The notes beneath the pieces were generated by a model, which did no database searches, was not told the origin of the DNA, and worked only from the letters and a program-made list of their open reading frames with translations. 64,000 nt of DNA, taken from assembly GCF_037042905.1 (NCBI RefSeq), contig NC_087251.1, forward strand, positions 42,906,001 through 42,970,000. Reading direction: 5' to 3'. This DNA comes from Lytechinus pictus (Eukaryota). This document shows positions 59,801 through 64,000 of the stretch, in pieces (within the stretch, counting starts at the first letter, position 1; each line of letters begins with the position of its first letter). The position numbers and the translations under genes were made by a program.

Positions 59801-62800
59801 TTGTTTTTTTTTTGGTATTTTACATTTTGTTATTAAGAGATGTGGATATAAATGGATTTGAATAGAATGTTTATTTGTAAATTTCAGGTAATGTACCAGA
59901 TATGCCTCTTCCTCCGGGCTGGACAGTAGATAGGACGATGAGGGGGAGGAAGTTTTATATTGAGTAAGTCAAAACCCTTTTTTTCCTCCCAGTAATCCTA
60001 TTATTGCTTGAACATTCTCACCGGACAAAGTTTTGAGAGATAAAACATAAAACCATTGGTATAGTGGTTCCAACTCTCGCCTTGTAATCGGGGATCATGT
60101 GTTCAAATCCCACCAAGGCCTAGCGTCCTTTGGCAAGGCATCAATCCACACTTTGCCACTCTCTACCCAGGCGTTGAATATGTACCTGGTAGGATGTGAA
60201 AGCCTACTGAGGTCCTTTTTCCAAGCAGTGATAATAATACACTGTCCCACAAGTTCTAATCCATGTTGGAAATCTTCCGTGGGATCTATGTTCCATTTAG
60301 ATTCCATAATTCCACAAAATCAGGTTCAGGTTAATGTACCAGATCTAGATGGGGGCATCGTGGTCTGGTGGTTACGACTCTCGTCTTTCAATCAGAGGGA
60401 CGTGGGTTCGAATCCCAGCCAGGGCATGGTTTCCTTCAGCAAGAAATTTACCCACATTGTGCTGCAATCAACCCAGGTGAGGTGAATTAATTTGTGGAAT
60501 GCGCTGAGCGCTAAAGCCGGGATAATAATAACAATGCGCCTCGGAATAGATTATTCTAGATAGATAGCGCTATATAAATGTGTATTATAATAATGATAAT
60601 AATAATTATTATTATTATTATTATTATCATTATTATCATTACTATGTAAGATGATGGAGTGACAAATGTGATTTTGAAGACTTTTGAAGAAAATGAAATC
60701 ATTGTTTGCTGGGAACTACATTAGTTTATAAACTTTGAGTTGTATGTTCTCACCAATCAAGCACTCTAAAGAAAATATTTTTAAATATTGTGTTTGTCTC
60801 CCTCTCTCTCTCTCTCTATGCAGTCATAACACCCAGACAACTCATTGGAGCCATCCACTGGAAAAGGAGGGCTTGCCTCCTGGTTGGGAGAAAGTTGAAT
60901 CTAGAGAGCACGGAACATACTATGTCAAGTATGTAATAATAAGAATAATACATCACTTATATAGCACATAATGAACAGGAAGTTTCTCTATGCGCTTTAC
61001 AATAGACAAAATTACACATCATAATATAACAAAGAATATGCATATATAACAGTATTACTTAATATTTGAACATGCAAAGAACTCCATGAATTGGTAACCA
61101 CAAAATAATTATCAATACTACATTACACCTAATTATGAATTATGTTTTGAGGTAATTTGTTCCAAAGGGTTGGTCCAGCTACAGCAAATGGATCTACTAC
61201 CAAAGTAGCATGTGTGGGTTTTGGGAATTTGAAGTGCTTGTACTCGATCTGTTGGCTCAAACTTTATTCAACTTGTGCGTTTTTTTTTGTTTGTAAAACA
61301 AAAAGTAAAGTAGTATCAAACATATTCAGAGGCACATTTCACTTTGAAATACGCATCTGCATATTTGTGAAAGAAAAAAAAATACAAGTTGAATATTATC
61401 TGTAAGATATCATTAAAATTGATTATTTTCAATTCAATTTCATTTATTTCATTCATTATAATAAAAACATTTAGAACAAACATAGAACATTAACACAATA
61501 AAAGATAACAATGAAAATAACACATGCAAAGTATACATGCAAAAATATATGAAAATGAGGAATCAGTAAGAAAGAACTATTGCGTCTTATTTGGTACTGA
61601 TCCCCATTGAAAATTTGTTTATTACTTACAAAATAGTTAGTAAGAACAATTTACGCAATAACTATGAAAAGTTCGCTAAAAATTTGTTTCCTTCTCTTTA
61701 TTTTTTTCACATATTTCATTTTAGTTCATCCACTTATACTTTATATTAACAAATTAAAGTAAAATGGATGGGACTAAGGAAATTAAATAGCTATTTATCC
61801 GTTTTTATCACTATTTGCCAGTCACGTCACAAAGACCGCGCAGTACAGACATCCAAACGCACCCAAGATTCCACGATACGAACCTACCCCGCCCATCCCA
61901 AAGAGTCTGCCCATCCCACCCCAGTCATCAAACATCAACCCAGCGACCCGTTCACAAGGTCAAGCCGGCCAGGCAAACAACTTCTGGGTACCACCGAACC
62001 CTTATCTTTACACAGGTGAGATTACCAGGGTCCCTTAACACAGAGGTTAGCGATTGATCGTATGATTATTTGTACATTATGGTCAATAAAATCAATTGCA
62101 AAGATGTTCTTCCATGATGATGGCTAAGCTCTGTTTAATGGGCCCGGAAGACTTTAGTAGCATTCTCTCAATGCAGATTGACTGATATTGTTACGATATG
62201 TAATCACCACAACAAATAACATGTAAATTTGATGAGGTTATTTTCCCTTTTATTATAAGGAGTAAAGCGAAGTAGATAAAATAACAAATTATCTTACCTA
62301 TCCATCAGCGGGTAACTTGAAGAGATCAATTCTGTTATTATTTTCTATCCAAATGGGCTGGCAAAGAGTCGTTAAGTTAAAGACCACACTGCTGGCGATG
62401 ATGAAATGGATGTTGAAAAGCGATGGGCGATCACAGTCACTGTACTGAGCTAAAATAAAATATCCTTGAAGACAAAGTCAATTTTGATAAACGGTTGATT
62501 TCAGCATTCCATGGGTTGAACAGGTTGATGATCTCGAGGAGAACTGAGAATTCCTCTTTTAAACTAGTCGCTAATAGTTTGTTGATAAATGAGAATATCA
62601 AAGGGGAAGTAGTTTGGTACCTGGAAGGATTAAGTCTTTCAATGAACTGAACAGTACAATCGATACAATTTTTTGCCATTTAATGATTGCAGATCCCATA
62701 AAGTTAAATAATGTAAAATGCAATTATTAAAAAAAACATGGATATTACAAGTGGTACAATAAATGGGACTTTCCTCCTTTGAAATGAAATGGCTTTACAT

Positions 62801-63177
62801 GAGGGGATAAGGAGCTCATATTTGAACATTGCATTGCTCGACTATTTATGCAGAGATGAATAAGTGTAAATATTCAAATAATATCTTTACAAATACTTTG
62901 GATTTAATATTCATAATTTCACTGAAAAATATAGTTTTTGTTAAATGTGTTTGCAGAAATACCAAACTGGTTGGATGTGTATTACAAGGCTTCTCCCGAG
63001 CACGATCATAAGCTGAAGTGGGACCTGTTCAGACTGCCGGAGTTAGATGCATTTCAAGCCATGTTAACAAGGTTATATAAAGAAGATTTAAGAACAGTGG
63101 TAATGGACTATGAAGCTTACAGGCAATCATTACTCAGGGAGATTGAAAGGAGACATGTCAGGCAATTACATATACAG
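56717..63177 (+). CDS. SAV1: Protein salvador homolog 1 (Hippo pathway scaffold; FERM-binding N-terminal motif, 2 WW domains, SARAH domain); 3' end possibly beyond the window
   Basis: Exons 56717-56810, 57193-57387 (or 57393), 58742-58843, 59888-59963, 60824-60928, 61822-62015, 62957-63177 (or reading on to the stop at 63240) are GT-AG and phase-consistent. [103 protein letters not shown] parallel vertebrate SAV1. Confidence 0.93.
57193..57387 (+). CDS. SAV1: SAV1 exon (GYMSPVQRNGPALKRP...GQPPT)
   Basis: CAG acceptor; MSP..R.GP resembles SAV1 MPSFIRHGP; two in-frame donors (57388 and 57394). Confidence 0.8.
57493..58600. repeat. Degenerate (CAT/CAC)n trinucleotide microsatellite, ~1.1 kb, in a SAV1 intron
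   Basis: Directly visible; produces the poly-I/T and poly-M/V ORFs. Confidence 0.95.
58742..58843 (+). CDS. SAV1: SAV1 exon (EHHSGYGDRGLPSQRGGSPHLPANAFRQDKPPHV)
   Basis: Strong pyrimidine tract + AAG, GTAAGT donor, phase 1-1, open frame; poorly conserved region. Confidence 0.7.
59888..59963 (+). CDS. SAV1: SAV1 exon, WW1 N-half ([25 protein letters not shown])
   Basis: CAG acceptor, GTAAGT donor. Confidence 0.92.
60352..60640 (+). mobile_element. tRNA-derived SINE with (TAA)n/(TTA)n tail; degenerate relative at ~60055-60200
   Basis: A/B boxes and shared core. Confidence 0.8.
60824..60928 (+). CDS. SAV1: SAV1 exon, WW1/WW2 ([35 protein letters not shown])
   Basis: CAG acceptor, GTATGT donor. 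Confidence 0.94.
60935..61350 (-). mobile_element. 3' fragment of an L2/CR1-group LINE
   Basis: Minus strand encodes FAVAGPTLWNKLP (~61150-61190), resembling the L2 ORF2 C-terminus, followed by a short-repeat tail. Confidence 0.5.
61822..62015 (+). CDS. SAV1: SAV1 exon (NHVTKTAQYRHPNAPKIPRYE...WVPPNPYLYT)
   Basis: CAG acceptor, GTGAGA donor. Confidence 0.92.
62957..63177 (+). CDS. SAV1: SAV1 exon, SARAH domain ([10 protein letters not shown]...[23 protein letters not shown])
   Basis: CAG acceptor; ends at a possible CAG|GTAGAG donor, otherwise runs to TAG at 63240. Confidence 0.88.
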
Positions 63178-64000
63178 GTAGAGTGTTCAAGTCACGTTGA
63201 TTCACAGTTACTATTTAGGGCCCGGTTGCACAAAACTTAGGGATTAATCATGGGACTGATTTGTATTATTGACTGCATTGATTATAGTGTATGATCAATT
63301 TTAAAAATGAGCTCCAAATTCAATCGCTAAGCTTTATGTAACAGGGCCCTGTAGTTTTTTTTTTTATTATTATTAAATCTGTTTCATTATATGCATCTGC
63401 TCATTTAATTTCAATTTGCTGTTATACTGTTATTGCATTTTGAAACATAATGTATGGTTTTTTTTTCTTCTTTGGTCACTGCATGTTATATATTTGTTTT
63501 CTCTGTTATGTGTTTTTGTTTGTAAACTCACATTTTTAATCTTCGGACTTTTTGATGAGTATTTTTGAGGAAAAAACCGAAATGAATTTGAATTTTTATT
63601 TCAAAGCTCCAAGTTAAGTTTATGATAACTTTATATCACAAGGGCTTGAATACAAGACAAAACGAAAGTGTGATTCTTCATTTTGAAAATCGAGTTGAAT
63701 TTTGATTTAATTTATTAAACTCTTTTAAACAAGCGATTATTTAGATGTTTTGAATTTTAGATAACAAACTTCAAATCATAAATCAGTAATATGACGATAG
63801 AGTCTTTAAAAGAACAAATTCAGATGACATTATCGGCATAGAGATTTGAATGAAGACTTAAAGGAGAATGAAATCTTTGGAACAAGATAGCTTGTGTGAA
63901 AACAGAAAAATCAAAGAAACAGATCAACGAAAGTTTGAGAAAAATCGGACAAAAATGAGAGTTATAAGCATTTGAATATTGTGATCACTAATGCTATGGA

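Noticed and set aside
12229..60430. tRNA-like A/B boxes at several positions
   Set aside because: Each is followed by the same SINE core and tail, so they are SINE heads rather than tRNA genes.

Overview
Eukaryotic, AT-rich, intron- and repeat-dense animal DNA; the repeat types suggest a sea urchin (inference). I assembled three spliced genes by hand from GT-AG boundaries with consistent phases. (1) eIF4A3/DDX48, the exon-junction-complex DEAD-box helicase: + strand, 12 exons, 7862-19866, 398 aa. (2) An RSPH4/RSPH6-family radial spoke head gene: - strand, 13 coding exons, 39834-26342, 553 aa, convergent with eIF4A3. (3) Salvador/SAV1, the Hippo scaffold with two WW domains and a SARAH domain: + strand, from 56717 to at least 63177, divergent from RSPH4/6. 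The rest is tRNA-derived SINEs, many MITE families, a Helentron/HINE-like element, the end of a Tc1/mariner-type element and microsatellites. Most ORFs in the track are spurious. Most notable: (a) a 1.65-kb insertion with a 12-bp target-site duplication and inverted arms between the two convergent 3' ends, in which a Penelope-type minimal hammerhead ribozyme appears split, with its 5' half amplified ~28 times on one strand and its 3' half on the other; (b) repeated local duplication of splice sites in all three genes, including a 217-bp duplication in eIF4A3 that creates a candidate NMD-triggering poison acceptor; (c) a MITE in the eIF4A3 3' UTR carrying a triplicated RFX X-box + CCAAT module next to a motile-cilia gene.
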